NCBI GenBank assembly: GCA_001821295.1
Contig: MHSK01000017.1
Span: 31 to 64,030, forward strand
Origin: Candidatus Taylorbacteria bacterium RIFCSPLOWO2_12_FULL_43_20
GTDB taxonomy: Bacteria; Patescibacteriota; Minisyncoccia; Phycocordibacterales; HO2-43-120
Length of the DNA: 64,000 nucleotides
Reading direction: 5' to 3'
Under the pieces are notes generated by a model. The model was given only the letters and a program-made list of their open reading frames with translations. It was not told the DNA's origin and made no database searches. The position numbers and the translations under genes were made by a program. Shown here in pieces: positions 18,763 to 28,361 of this stretch. Position 1 is the first letter of the stretch. Every line of letters begins with the position of its first letter.

Positions 18763-19064
18763 TGCGCAGAGAATACGGTCTTCGCGATTGAGAAAAATCT
18801 TGAGGCGTACTCTAAGTACGATGAAAGATTTTGCGATTGAGCGGAGATTGTAGTCTATGATGCAGTGGACGCAAGGCGGGGGAGTTATTTATGAACGAGT
18901 CCTTAGTGTCAATTATACATAATGCCGAGTAGATATAACAAGCTAAACTGTGGATAATATCACGCATATCCCCTCACGGGGTAACTAGATCATTCATGGC
19001 TTTGAATATGGGTCAATAATTGCAATTACCCCATCAAGGGATACACGTGGATAATATAGCCGGA

Positions 19065-19502
19065 TCAATAATCAGCGCGGTAGCGAATGGGAAGATCTTG
19101 CCTGACCGGCTGACCGAAAATATCAGACTGAAGAAATTTAACAATCCCCCAGATTGAAGCCATGCAAAATAGAGCGATTACTCCCCATGTAAGAATTCTT
19201 CTGCCTTCCGCTTTTCCCTCATCGCTATCCGCGTGATAAAGATATCTCACCCCCCGCCAAAAGAAAAACAAGAGCCCCATGCTAAAAGCTATGGGTATCA
19301 AAAGGTCAACATTAAAAGCAGTGAAGAGCTTGATGAGATCCTGCAATGAATTCACGCCGAACGTCCCTTGGGCAAGCGCGACCGCAGGCACAACAAACGC
19401 CACGAGACCAGCCGCAAACCCCGCAAATTTAATTTTTTTATTCTTGTTACTTTTCATAAATTTTTCCGACCTACTCGGGTAAAAGCGGTAATCCGAAGTC
19501 AA
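19065..19502 (-). CDS. TrbC/VirB2-like pilin paralog 4 of 7
   Basis: Signal peptide AVALAQ, then LFFFWRGVRYLYHADSDEGKAEGRRILTWGVIALFCMASIWGIVKFL. Confidence 0.6.
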   Translation of the reverse strand: MTSDYRFYPSRSEKFMKSNKNKKIKFAGFAAGLVAFVVPAVALAQGTFGVNSLQDLIKLFTAFNVDLLIPIAFSMGLLFFFWRGVRYLYHADSDEGKAEGRRILTWGVIALFCMASIWGIVKFLQSDIFGQPVRQDLPIRYRADY

Positions 19503-19905
19503 AGCCGAATCCTCGAGCCAAAATTTCCATAATCGCCCAAATGGAAAACATAACGAAAAGCCCGATAATCCCCCATTTCATTATCATCTTGCCGTCAGCC
19601 ACTTTCTCCTCGCTGCCCGAGCCCATGATAAACATTGATAACCCCCATATGAAAGCCAAGAGAGCGCTCGTCGCCACGTATGGAATGGCCAAATCAACAA
19701 TCTCAACCGATATGCATATAAAGTCAACAAAATTCTGCGGCGGCTTGACACACGGTCCAAACACGGTCTGCGCTGAAGTGGCCGGCCCCGTTTGATAGGA
19801 AGGTCTATTGGCTACTTGGGCTCCTATATAGCCGGGCACGGCATATACGGCAAGCATAAGTGACAAAATGAATATTGGGAAAACCCTTTTGATTTTGAAA
19901 GTCAT
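19471..19905 (-). CDS. TrbC/VirB2-like pilin paralog 5 of 7
   Basis: LLAFIWGLSMFIMGSGSEEKVADGKMIMKWGIIGLFVMFSIWAIMEIL. Overlaps its neighbours by 32 and 4 nt (tight operon). Confidence 0.6.
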   Translation of the reverse strand: MTFKIKRVFPIFILSLMLAVYAVPGYIGAQVANRPSYQTGPATSAQTVFGPCVKPPQNFVDFICISVEIVDLAIPYVATSALLAFIWGLSMFIMGSGSEEKVADGKMIMKWGIIGLFVMFSIWAIMEILARGFGFDFGLPLLPE

Positions 19906-20333
19906 TTTTTTGCGATAGATTCCCGATCTATCATAATATTATATGCCGGTTTTGAAATCTGTTTTATTGTCCGTTCAATGCCCTCGGCGATAACCCAAGC
20001 GCCAAGCAAAATTGCCGTGCCTATCAAGGTATACAAAAACGTCGTTTTGGCCTTCTTCAACCGCTCCTCATTGCCCCCGGCTGTAACCATGAGAAAACCG
20101 GAGTAAATGACAAAAAAGACGGCCAGAACAGCGCCTATAGGCAAGACCACTTCATTTATAATGAGCTTAATGAGAGCGTAGAGATCGCATCCCCCTTTAA
20201 GCGGGTTGGGTATTCCTTCAGATCCCGCCGGAGGACACCCTGACGAACCTGAACCTTGAATGGCTTGCGCTCCCGAGACCAAAGGTATAGACAGAGCGGC
20301 AATCATCAAAAATATAAGCAAGGATTTTTTCAT
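19902..20333 (-). CDS. TrbC/VirB2-like pilin paralog 6 of 7 (canonical subtype)
   Basis: Signal peptide LVSGAQA, then AVFFVIYSGFLMVTAGGNEERLKKAKTTFLYTLIGTAILLGAWVIAEGI, matching the small-pilin pattern xGxxxxTAGGxxxxxxKAKxxIxxxxIGxxxxxxAW that I recall being annotated as T4SS pilin in CPR genomes. Confidence 0.65.
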   Translation of the reverse strand: MKKSLLIFLMIAALSIPLVSGAQAIQGSGSSGCPPAGSEGIPNPLKGGCDLYALIKLIINEVVLPIGAVLAVFFVIYSGFLMVTAGGNEERLKKAKTTFLYTLIGTAILLGAWVIAEGIERTIKQISKPAYNIMIDRESIAKK

Positions 20334-20394
20334 ATTTGATATTTCTAAAAATTATTTATTATATCTGGGACATGCGTGATTCGGCTTATTTAGA

Positions 20395-20455
20395 CCGTTC
20401 CCATCTGTCATTCCCGCGAAAGCGGGAATGACAGGGAGCGCGGGAATGACATCAT
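20395..20455. repeat. double-hairpin repeat fragment (GTCATTCCCGCGAAAGCGGGAATGACA x2)
   Basis: tgtcattcccgcgaaagcgggaatgacagggagcgcgggaatgacatc, lying between pilin paralogs 6 and 7. Confidence 0.6.
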
Positions 20456-20478
20456 GCGCATATGTCCTGTCAAAGTCA

Positions 20479-20871
20479 TTAATTAAGCAACATGAAGTCA
20501 TCAGCAGTACCCGGTTTCAACAGAGCATTAGTAATAGTATATACGATAAGCCACGCGCTTAAAATGAACAAGAAACCGATAAGAACTTTGCCGAGCATTT
20601 CCTTCGCTTTTTTTATCTGCCCCTCATTCCCTCCCGCGGTTAGCATCATGTAGCCAGACGCGGCAAAGACAAGCGCGGATATCGCTATTGAAATTTTAAT
20701 CAGAAAAGTGATGATGTTTTGTATAAGAATCACAGCTTGCTCAAAATCGCATTCTTCAGGCCCGTCACAAGGCACGAGCCCTGCTCCCAGGGCGCTTGAA
20801 GCAAGCAAGAAAAATAGTAAGCACGCCAATACTACGCTCGGCCATAATATTTTTTTTGTCTTTGCAAACAT
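20479..20871 (-). CDS. TrbC/VirB2-like pilin paralog 7 of 7 (canonical subtype)
   Basis: Signal peptide, then ALVFAASGYMMLTAGGNEGQIKKAKEMLGKVLIGFLFILSAWLIVYTI. Confidence 0.65.
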   Translation of the reverse strand: MFAKTKKILWPSVVLACLLFFLLASSALGAGLVPCDGPEECDFEQAVILIQNIITFLIKISIAISALVFAASGYMMLTAGGNEGQIKKAKEMLGKVLIGFLFILSAWLIVYTITNALLKPGTADDFMLLN

Positions 20872-20890
20872 ATGAGATAAATCCCCAAAA

Positions 20891-22198
20891 TTAATTCTGG
20901 AGCATTGCTCCTATCTCTTGAGACGCCCTCAAGACAGCATCTGATATTTTCGATCTGCCCGCCGAGACATCTTCTACCATGTTCTCGAAGACGGCGTTGG
21001 TCCTAAGCCCATCAGGATCAAGCCACGACTTGGAAATTATGGCGGAATCATAAAAAATGCTTAAGTCAGGATCATCCGGCTTGTCTCTGAGCAGATCACG
21101 ACGAAGAGGGGGCAAAGCGGCATTTTCTGAAAACATGGAAGCGAAGTCCTTTCCCGCTAAGACTACCAAAGTGCTGAAGGTGCCGGAAATATCAGAAGAA
21201 GATTTTAATATCGCCAGCGAATAGACACGTGCGCTCGTCACATTGACCTTGGCGTCTTGAAGCTGAGGAAAAACGGCAACATCAAAATTTAAATTCGGAT
21301 TTTTCAAACGTATTTCCGCTAATTCGCTCGCGTAACCGAAATAAACGGCAAGGTCTCCAGCTATAAATCGCTGTTGGGATTCAGGTAAGGATCTATTCCA
21401 AGAATAAGATGCTTTATTGGGGTTGGAAAAATCTGTAAAAAAAGCGATGACAGACTGAGCAGGGTCAACCCCTCCCTGTCTTCCTTTGTTCAAAACACTC
21501 CTGTACTCCCCTCCCACCTCTTCCACTATGGGCGTGCCGGCTTGAAAAAAAAGTGCTGAGAGAATACCTTTGGCATTGCGGACATTGGAAAATTCCCCCA
21601 GTGCCACAGCGCTTCTCGTAATATTGCCGACGCTATCTTTACGCGACAAGCTCTCGGACAATGTGAAAAATTCGGTCCAATAGCGCGGCGGCTCCGCTAT
21701 GCCCTCGCTGGCAAAAATGTCCTTATTCCAATACATGACCAAAGGATCGGCGTATAACGGAAAACCCAGCGATCCCTTTTCCACTAGAAATATTTCGGCG
21801 GCATCAGCGTAAAGATCTTTATAATCCCTTAGCGACAAGCTTTCGAAAGAAACAGGGTAAATTTTATCCGCGTGCTTCACGATAAAATCCTCGGGCAAAA
21901 TTACGGCATCAGGACCCTTACCGCTCGCCAGCGCCTCTATAAGATCGCTTTCAAACTCTCCTTTTCTTTTCTCCACATATGTTACGTTAAGCTGACCCTC
22001 CTTCTTCGTCCTCTGGAGGTTCAAAGCGCCGTAAGCGACATCAAAAGATCTTTTCGGAGCCGTTCCCCATATAGTTACTTCGGGAAAAATCACTTCGGAG
22101 CCCGACCTGACAGTGGAAAAAACTATAACGCCCACCACTATAAAAAAAGCAAATGCCCCCACCAGAATTATTTGAAAAGAGTTTGTTTTATTATCCAT
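20891..22198 (-). CDS. putative extracellular solute-binding protein (ABC-type, family-1-like), membrane-anchored
   Basis: 435 aa with an N-terminal TM helix and the size and aromatic-rich pattern of periplasmic binding proteins. Heads the same-strand block containing the pilin array. The assignment is tentative. Confidence 0.4.
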   Translation of the reverse strand: MDNKTNSFQIILVGAFAFFIVVGVIVFSTVRSGSEVIFPEVTIWGTAPKRSFDVAYGALNLQRTKKEGQLNVTYVEKRKGEFESDLIEALASGKGPDAVILPEDFIVKHADKIYPVSFESLSLRDYKDLYADAAEIFLVEKGSLGFPLYADPLVMYWNKDIFASEGIAEPPRYWTEFFTLSESLSRKDSVGNITRSAVALGEFSNVRNAKGILSALFFQAGTPIVEEVGGEYRSVLNKGRQGGVDPAQSVIAFFTDFSNPNKASYSWNRSLPESQQRFIAGDLAVYFGYASELAEIRLKNPNLNFDVAVFPQLQDAKVNVTSARVYSLAILKSSSDISGTFSTLVVLAGKDFASMFSENAALPPLRRDLLRDKPDDPDLSIFYDSAIISKSWLDPDGLRTNAVFENMVEDVSAGRSKISDAVLRASQEIGAMLQN

Positions 22199-22204
22199 AT
22201 CATT

Positions 22205-22330
22205 ATAGGACTTACGTGTTTGATGTCATTCCCGCGAATGCGGGAATCCAGAGTATGCAGATAGATCCTAGATTCCCGCTTTCGCGGGAATGACAGAAGA
22301 AAGCGGGAATGACATCAAACGCGTAAGTAC
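22205..22330. mobile_element. MITE-like element with GTACTTACGCGTTTGATGTCATTCCCGC TIRs and a double-hairpin core
   Basis: ataggacttacgtgtttgatgtcattcccgcgaatgcgggaatccag..tagattcccgctttcgcgggaatgacag..gggaatgacatcaaacgcgtaagtact. Confidence 0.65.
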
Positions 22331-22340
22331 TATTATTATC

Positions 22341-22865
22341 TCATTTTTTGAATATCAGTCCATAGTGATGAGCGCCTGCCTTGAAATCCCTCTCAAATGT
22401 AAAACCTTCTTTAACAGCGAGTTCACGCGCCTCGTCCTCTTTGATCACATGGTCAGCCATAGGTCCGATGCCTCCAAATGAATCTGACCAGTCCACCACG
22501 GCCAACTTCCCTCCGGTCTTGATTATCCTTTTGGCTTCGCGCAGAAAAGCTTCTTTCTCGGCGATTTGAAACAAGATATTGGCGGCAATAGCCACGTCAA
22601 CCGATCCATCCGCCAGCCGCGCTCCACCCACTTTCTCCAAATCACCGGGAATTACTTCAACATTGGGCAAATGAGACGCGTTAGCGGCGTTTTTCAGCTT
22701 GGCCAAAAGATCTTTCTGCACATCTATGGCATATACTTTTCCACCGTCACCCACAACGCGCGCGGCTTCCAATGAATAAAATCCTGAACCGGAACCAAGA
22801 TCGGCAATTTTCATTCCGTGTTCAAGCTGCATCTGTTCAATGTTTTTTTTAGGATCGGAAAACAT
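22341..22865 (-). CDS. class I SAM-dependent methyltransferase (type 11-like)
   Basis: Motif I KIADLGSGSGFYSLEAA, plus the acidic motif II and the motif III region. Confidence 0.6.
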   Translation of the reverse strand: MFSDPKKNIEQMQLEHGMKIADLGSGSGFYSLEAARVVGDGGKVYAIDVQKDLLAKLKNAANASHLPNVEVIPGDLEKVGGARLADGSVDVAIAANILFQIAEKEAFLREAKRIIKTGGKLAVVDWSDSFGGIGPMADHVIKEDEARELAVKEGFTFERDFKAGAHHYGLIFKK

Positions 22866-22964
22866 TACAAGTTAAATTCGAAAATCGAAATTCGAAATTC
22901 GAAAAATTAGCTTCAAATCAATAATCCTTTCTTTCGTGCTTCGGATTTTTAATTTCGTGCTTAT

Positions 22965-25433
22965 CTACAAGCATACTGCGCTCGCCAAATTGTCGCCGTC
23001 TCTCAATCTCATTATTCTAACACCTTGAGTCTGTCTGCCCAAGAGCGGAATCTCGGAGATTGATACCCTTATCACCTGACTCTTCTTTGATATAGCCACT
23101 AGCTCGTCCGTCTCTTCAAACACAACGACTTTTGACGTAATAATTTTACCAGTCTTTGACGTGACTTTCGCCGTCTTAATGCCTGACCCTCCTCTATGCT
23201 GGACCTTGTATTCTTTGAGTGATGTTTTTTTACCAAAACCATTTTCGGAAATTACAAGAAGGGTGGCTTCTTTATGTTCTCTTTTCATAACATCGGCCCC
23301 CACAAGAGCGTCTCCTTTCTTGAGCTTCATGGCGCGAACCCCGGAAGCCCCTCTTCCCATAGCCCTAATGTCCGATTCTTTGAATCTTATTGATTGGCCA
23401 AGCGCGCTCACGGCCACCACCTCGTCTCCTTTCTCAACGAAATTAACTGAAATAAGCTCATCGCCGCTGTTCAAGCCAATGGCAATTATGCCGTTCCGTC
23501 GGACATCGTGAAATGATTCACCCAGCACTTTTTTGCCCATTCCCTCCTTGGTCAACATAAAAAGACTAAGGCCGGATTTTTTCACCTCTTTCGGCATTGG
23601 CAGTATGGACGTGATTTTTTCTTCCTGAGACAGAGAAAGAAAATTCATAATGGATTTGCCTCGTGTTGCCCTTTTGCCTTCGGGCAACTCATACATTTTT
23701 ATTTGATACGCCTTGCCTTTGTCGGTAAAAAATAGCAAATCGCTGTGCGTGCTGGCGCGCAGAAAATAAGTGACGAAATCCTCCTCCTTGGCGTCCATAC
23801 CCACCACTCCCATGCCTCCCCTCTTCTGCTGTTTGTACTCTGCCGGTTCTGTGCGCTTTACATATCCTCCCGACGTAAGCACGAGTACGCTCTCCGTGTC
23901 CGGAATAACATCCTCGGGAGAAAAATCTTTCGGACTTGATTTAATTATTCTTGATACTCGCTCATCGCTGTATTTGTTCTTGATTTCCAATAACTCATCC
24001 TTCACAACTTCTCGGATTTTTTTCTCGCTTCCGAGTATCTCTTTGAGCTCGGAAATAAGAAGCTGTACCGCTTTCAAATCGTCCTCAATTTTTTTTCTCT
24101 CCAGACCGGCCAAACGCTGCAGCTTCATTTCCAATATCGCCGACGCCTGTCTGTCTGAGAACTTAAATTCTTTCATTAAACCTGCATGGGCTTCGGCAAC
24201 ATCTTTGGCCGCTCTGATGAGCTTGATAATACGGTCAATGTGATCAAGAGCTTTTTTCAAACCGAGAAGAATATGTTCTTTATCCTCCGCCTTTCTCAAG
24301 TCAAATTCCGTCCTTTTTTTGACCACCACCAAGCGATGAATAATAAATTCCTCCAAGATCGATTTGAGTGAAAGCGTTTTGGGTACCCCGTTCACGAGAG
24401 CGACGATGTTGAAATGGAACATTTCTTCGAGCTGTGTATGCTTGTACAGATAATTGAGTATTGACTGAGGATAAGCTCCCTGTTTAAGGTCAATGGCGAT
24501 TCTAACGTCAGCGGTTGACTCATCGCGCAAAGCCTTTATTCCTTCAATTTTTTTCTCTCTGACAAGATCGGCGATGCTCATAATTAAGTCAGCTTTGTTG
24601 ACCCTGTAAGGTATGGACGTGATTATTATGGATGATGAACTTGAGGAATTTTCCACAATCTCCGCCTCACCGCGCACCAAAACACCCCCTCTTCCGTTGG
24701 CGTATGCGTGATGCAAATCTTTCTCTCCGTAAATAATACCTCCCGTTGGGAAGTCCGGGCCTTTTATGTGCTCCAGGAGATCTTCCAAAGAAGCTTCTTT
24801 ATCTTTAATAAGATGAATGGTAGCGTCAATAACTTCAGCTAAGTTGTGCGGCGGAATATTCGTTGCCATACCGACAGCGATACCGAGCGTGCCGTTCAAA
24901 AGAAGATTCGGCACGGCGGAGGGAAGCACTGACGGCTCTTTGCGAGTATTGTCATAGTTGGTCCTCCAATCAACGGTTTCTTTTTCTATGTCGCGAAGAA
25001 GTTCGCTGGCAATCTTTGACATTCTGGCTTCAGTGTACCTCATGGCGGCGGCAGTGTCCCCGTCAACATTGCCGAAGTTTCCCTGTCCAGAAACAAGAGG
25101 GTACCTCATGGCGAAATTTTGCGCCATTTTCACCATAGCGTCGTAGACAGAAACATCTCCGTGCGGATGATAATTACCAAGGACATCTCCTACCACCACC
25201 GCGGACTTTCTAAACTTCGCGGCGGCAGTCAAACCCTTCTCATGCATAGCGAAAAGAATACGCCTATGCACCGGTTTCAGGCCGTCTCTCACGTCCGGTA
25301 AAGCTCTTGACGTAATGACAGACATGGCATAGTCAAGATAGGACTCCTTCATCTCCGCGATAATGTTCCTCGGAATCACGTTCTTCGCTATCTTATTATT
25401 CTCGTCGTCATTGGGTTTGTTTGTGTTTTTCAT
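22965..25433 (-). CDS. gyrA: DNA gyrase subunit A
   Basis: N-terminal [23 protein letters not shown], the catalytic Tyr region [10 protein letters not shown], and C-terminal beta-pinwheel repeats. 822 aa. Confidence 0.92.
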   Translation of the reverse strand: MKNTNKPNDDENNKIAKNVIPRNIIAEMKESYLDYAMSVITSRALPDVRDGLKPVHRRILFAMHEKGLTAAAKFRKSAVVVGDVLGNYHPHGDVSVYDAMVKMAQNFAMRYPLVSGQGNFGNVDGDTAAAMRYTEARMSKIASELLRDIEKETVDWRTNYDNTRKEPSVLPSAVPNLLLNGTLGIAVGMATNIPPHNLAEVIDATIHLIKDKEASLEDLLEHIKGPDFPTGGIIYGEKDLHHAYANGRGGVLVRGEAEIVENSSSSSSIIITSIPYRVNKADLIMSIADLVREKKIEGIKALRDESTADVRIAIDLKQGAYPQSILNYLYKHTQLEEMFHFNIVALVNGVPKTLSLKSILEEFIIHRLVVVKKRTEFDLRKAEDKEHILLGLKKALDHIDRIIKLIRAAKDVAEAHAGLMKEFKFSDRQASAILEMKLQRLAGLERKKIEDDLKAVQLLISELKEILGSEKKIREVVKDELLEIKNKYSDERVSRIIKSSPKDFSPEDVIPDTESVLVLTSGGYVKRTEPAEYKQQKRGGMGVVGMDAKEEDFVTYFLRASTHSDLLFFTDKGKAYQIKMYELPEGKRATRGKSIMNFLSLSQEEKITSILPMPKEVKKSGLSLFMLTKEGMGKKVLGESFHDVRRNGIIAIGLNSGDELISVNFVEKGDEVVAVSALGQSIRFKESDIRAMGRGASGVRAMKLKKGDALVGADVMKREHKEATLLVISENGFGKKTSLKEYKVQHRGGSGIKTAKVTSKTGKIITSKVVVFEETDELVAISKKSQVIRVSISEIPLLGRQTQGVRIMRLRDGDNLASAVCL

Positions 25434-25478
25434 TTTATATTTGATCGGACATCTTAGCTTATTCCGCGAACGATTGTT

Positions 25479-25766
25479 TTAATCTTCAGTGTTGAATCCG
25501 CTGAAATCCAAAGTAATTCCGGAAAAAACTTCCTTAGTGGCGGCTAGTGCGGACGCCATGTTACTTTTCAAATTATTGAGCGGCGATACCTTGGCGTAAT
25601 TTTCCACTTTGTTTTCCAGCCGCGCCGGAAGTGACACGAACCAGATCATGAATATGAAGGAAGTAATAACGGCCGCGCCTACTACCGATATCCTTCTGCG
25701 CACACGCCTCGGTTTTCTATGCAATTTTTCCAATATATCGGTCATGTTCATTGAAAAATCTATCAA
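25479..25766 (-). CDS. hypothetical small membrane protein
   Basis: 95 aa, basic N-terminus then one TM helix. Confidence 0.35.
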   Translation of the reverse strand: MIDFSMNMTDILEKLHRKPRRVRRRISVVGAAVITSFIFMIWFVSLPARLENKVENYAKVSPLNNLKSNMASALAATKEVFSGITLDFSGFNTED

Positions 25767-25774
25767 ATGTCTAA

Positions 25775-25897
25775 ATTGTAGGACTTACGCAGTTGGATGC
25801 AGTTCGAGGCGCGAGCGAGGATTGCGACCAAAATGTATGCTTATACATTGCGGGAGCAAACGGGGCTTGCAGAGAAGAAATGCGCCGACTGCGTAAG
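25775..25897. mobile_element. MITE-like element family 1, copy 2 (GGACTTACGCAGT...ACTGCGTAAGT TIRs)
   Basis: About 93% identical to 7270-7402. Spurious track ORF 25797..26054 starts inside it. Confidence 0.65.
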
Positions 25898-25909
25898 TTC
25901 TATTAATGT

Positions 25910-26539
25910 TCAACTGTTCGCTTCTAACACCACTATCTCCCCTTCTTTTCCTTCCAAATCCTTTTTCTTGAGAGTCAATTTGCTTTCCGGAGTTTTCTTC
26001 TCTTCACCTCCTTCTTTAAGGAATTTTTTTAAAGCGTCGCTTTTCTCATCATAATGCATGGGTATGATAATTTTGGGCTCCAGCTCAACTGCCATTTTAT
26101 AAGCCGCGGACGGGTCTAGCACGCCCTCGCCTCCTATAGGCACAAACAGCACGTCAACATCATCTAAAAGTGAAAGAGTTTCCTTGTCAATACTTTCACC
26201 AAGCGCTCCGAGAAAACATATATTCATGCCGTCAACGGTAAGCATGTATACGGTATTGATCCTTCCTTTGTCGCCGTAATTTGAAACCGTAGCAAACGAT
26301 TTTATAAAAATGTTGTTTATTTCATATTCACCGGGTCCCCGGATGACAAAGGGTTTTTTGCCGCCAAACTCCGAGTTCTCCGCTCCGTTCATATCCTTAT
26401 CATTCAGGCTTACGAGCACAATTTCAGCCCCAAACTTAGATGATTTAAATTTTGATTCTTTGGAAACCGGATCAAACGCCAACACCATATCGCCGTGTTG
26501 AACCTTAAAATGCTGTATTCCGTGATATGTAATTATCAT
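25910..26539 (-). CDS. MBL-fold metal-dependent hydrolase (UPF0173/COG2220-like)
   Basis: MIITYHGIQHFKVQHGDMVLAFDP ... IIIPMHYD pattern, about 209 aa. Confidence 0.55.
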   Translation of the reverse strand: MIITYHGIQHFKVQHGDMVLAFDPVSKESKFKSSKFGAEIVLVSLNDKDMNGAENSEFGGKKPFVIRGPGEYEINNIFIKSFATVSNYGDKGRINTVYMLTVDGMNICFLGALGESIDKETLSLLDDVDVLFVPIGGEGVLDPSAAYKMAVELEPKIIIPMHYDEKSDALKKFLKEGGEEKKTPESKLTLKKKDLEGKEGEIVVLEANS

Positions 26540-26673
26540 TAACAGATGATATCAAATCTCGCCAAAAAAGAGAATAGTACTTTTAAAGATCAAAGGTAAA
26601 AATTTAGCTAAAATATCAAATTTTTACTTTCTAAATATAGCAAACTTACGCCGTTTTGTCAAGGATATTGGAG

Positions 26674-26790
26674 GTATCTACTCACAAACCCGAGTGATGT
26701 CATTCCCGTAAAAACAGGAATCCAGCAAGTATTTTGATCTGGATTCCAGCCTGCGCGAGAATGACGCCACTCAAACTTGTGAGTAAATAC
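26674..26790. mobile_element. MITE-A variant copy (TIR GTATCTACTCACAAACCCGAGTG / CACTCAAACTTGTGAGTAAATAC)
   Basis: Degenerate hairpins gtcattcccgtaaaaacaggaatccag..ctggattccagcctgcgcgagaatgac. No clean TSD. Confidence 0.5.
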
Positions 26791-26890
26791 GGGTCAGTGT
26801 CTCTTGCTTTCTTCTTACCAATCTTGTAGAATGTGAAAATTATTTATTAATACAGGGCAATGGATTAACCCTGGCCGCTTTCGTATAATC

Positions 26891-28255
26891 TTGGCCGCGG
26901 CCGGCACTCTTGCTCTTAACAATTACATGGGATTATTCAGAATATTGAAAAGATCGGATGAAGATAGCTCATCCGCCAAAATAGACGAAGAATCTACAAA
27001 AAATGAGGTTGACTCTGTAAGCGAAGAAAAAGACGAGAATGCAACAGAGAAGCCTCCGGAGGAAAACTCAAGCGCAAAAAATGAAGAGGTTAAGGAAATT
27101 CAAGTAAACACTAATGCAGAAGTAACTAAGACTAAAAAAGAGTCCGGGCGCTCGGCAAAAAAAACTTTGCCGCCAGCCGTAAAAAATGAGGGTCTAATGT
27201 CAAAGGTGGTCAACGATAGCGCCACACCTCCGGATGTTGGAGATATTATGGAAGGCAGAGTAATTTCCAACGATCCTAAAACCGGCGTTTTTGTGGATTT
27301 GTCCCCTCTTGGAACCGGCGTTATTTATGGCAGAGAATATATAAATGCCAGAGACGTTATAAAAAAAATCAACAGTGGAGACATCATTGCCGCCAAAGTG
27401 GTGGATGTGGAAAATAAAGACGGCTATATAGAGCTGTCTCTCAAGGAGGCGCGACAAGCGCTAGTATGGAGCGAAGTGGAAAATATTATCAGAGATAAAC
27501 AAGTACTTGAATTGCCAGTAAAGGAGGCCAATAAAGGAGGGCTAATTATAGAATGGCAAGGCATATCCGGATTTTTGCCCGCTTCACAGCTTAAAGCGGA
27601 TCACTATCCCCGCGTTACAGATGGCGATAAGGACAAGATATTGGAAGAGTTAAGAAAATTAGTTGGCCAAAGGATATCCGTTTCCATAATCTCTGCTTCC
27701 CCTAAAGAGGGAAAGCTCATCTTTTCAGAAAAGAATCCGCAAGAAAAAGACAAGGATAAAATTATTGAAAAATACGACATAGGCGATGAATTTGAAGGAG
27801 AGGTTACGGGAGTGGTTGATTTCGGAGTATTCGTGAAAATTGAAGAAGGGCTTGAAGGTTTGGTGCACATTTCCGAAATTGATTGGGCGCTCGTGGAAGA
27901 TACGAAACAGCTTTATAAAGTACGAGACAAAGTAAGGGTGAAAATTATTGAAATAAAAGATGGCAAGATTTCCCTTTCAATAAAAGCGTTAAAAGTTAAC
28001 CCGTGGGTTGAGGCCGGTAAAAAATTCAAAAAGGACGACATCGTAAGCGGAGTAGTTATCAAATTCAACAGGCACGGCGCTCTCGCCAGTATAGAGGAAG
28101 GTATCGCAGGATTGGTGCATATCTCGGAATTCGGTTCGGAAGAGAAACTTCGCGAAAAACTTGAACTCGGTAAATCCTATAGTTTTCGCATCACTCTTTT
28201 TGACACAAAGGAACAAAAGATGGCTTTGTCCTTTCTTGACAAAGAAAAAAAATAG
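26891..28255 (+). CDS. rpsA: 30S ribosomal protein S1-like (four S1 domains) with acidic N-terminal extension
   Basis: Four S1 OB-fold repeats (e.g. GDEFEGEVTGVVDFGVFVKIEEGLEGLVHISEI and DIVSGVVIKFNRHGALASIEEGIAGLVHISEF). The start is uncertain; internal Mets exist. Confidence 0.7.
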   Translation: MAAAGTLALNNYMGLFRILKRSDEDSSSAKIDEESTKNEVDSVSEEKDENATEKPPEENSSAKNEEVKEIQVNTNAEVTKTKKESGRSAKKTLPPAVKNEGLMSKVVNDSATPPDVGDIMEGRVISNDPKTGVFVDLSPLGTGVIYGREYINARDVIKKINSGDIIAAKVVDVENKDGYIELSLKEARQALVWSEVENIIRDKQVLELPVKEANKGGLIIEWQGISGFLPASQLKADHYPRVTDGDKDKILEELRKLVGQRISVSIISASPKEGKLIFSEKNPQEKDKDKIIEKYDIGDEFEGEVTGVVDFGVFVKIEEGLEGLVHISEIDWALVEDTKQLYKVRDKVRVKIIEIKDGKISLSIKALKVNPWVEAGKKFKKDDIVSGVVIKFNRHGALASIEEGIAGLVHISEFGSEEKLREKLELGKSYSFRITLFDTKEQKMALSFLDKEKK

Positions 28256-28361
28256 CTAGGCCAAAATACAGCCATAATTAAACACATTTCCGGCCAAAGG
28301 GAGGGTTTGGACGGAAAGAATTTTGAACATCTCGGCTAGCCATTAGATAATGGATGGGCTC

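Noticed and set aside
22866-22960. aaattcgaaaatcgaaattcgaaattcgaaaaatt simple tandem repeat, considered as a CRISPR-like or regulatory array.
   Set aside because: Too short (3-4 units of 7-8 bp), AT-rich microsatellite in the gyrA upstream region. No spacer structure. No CRISPR arrays elsewhere: dispersed palindromes are not regularly spaced and have no unique spacers.
22965-25433. Numerous antisense or internal ORFs inside gyrA and other large genes, e.g. 23161..23511, 23770..24243, 24863..25138; likewise inside rnj, lysS, ftsI, mrdA, mreB, proS.
   Set aside because: They lie out of frame or antisense within confidently assigned conserved genes, have no homology signal and are typical six-frame noise.
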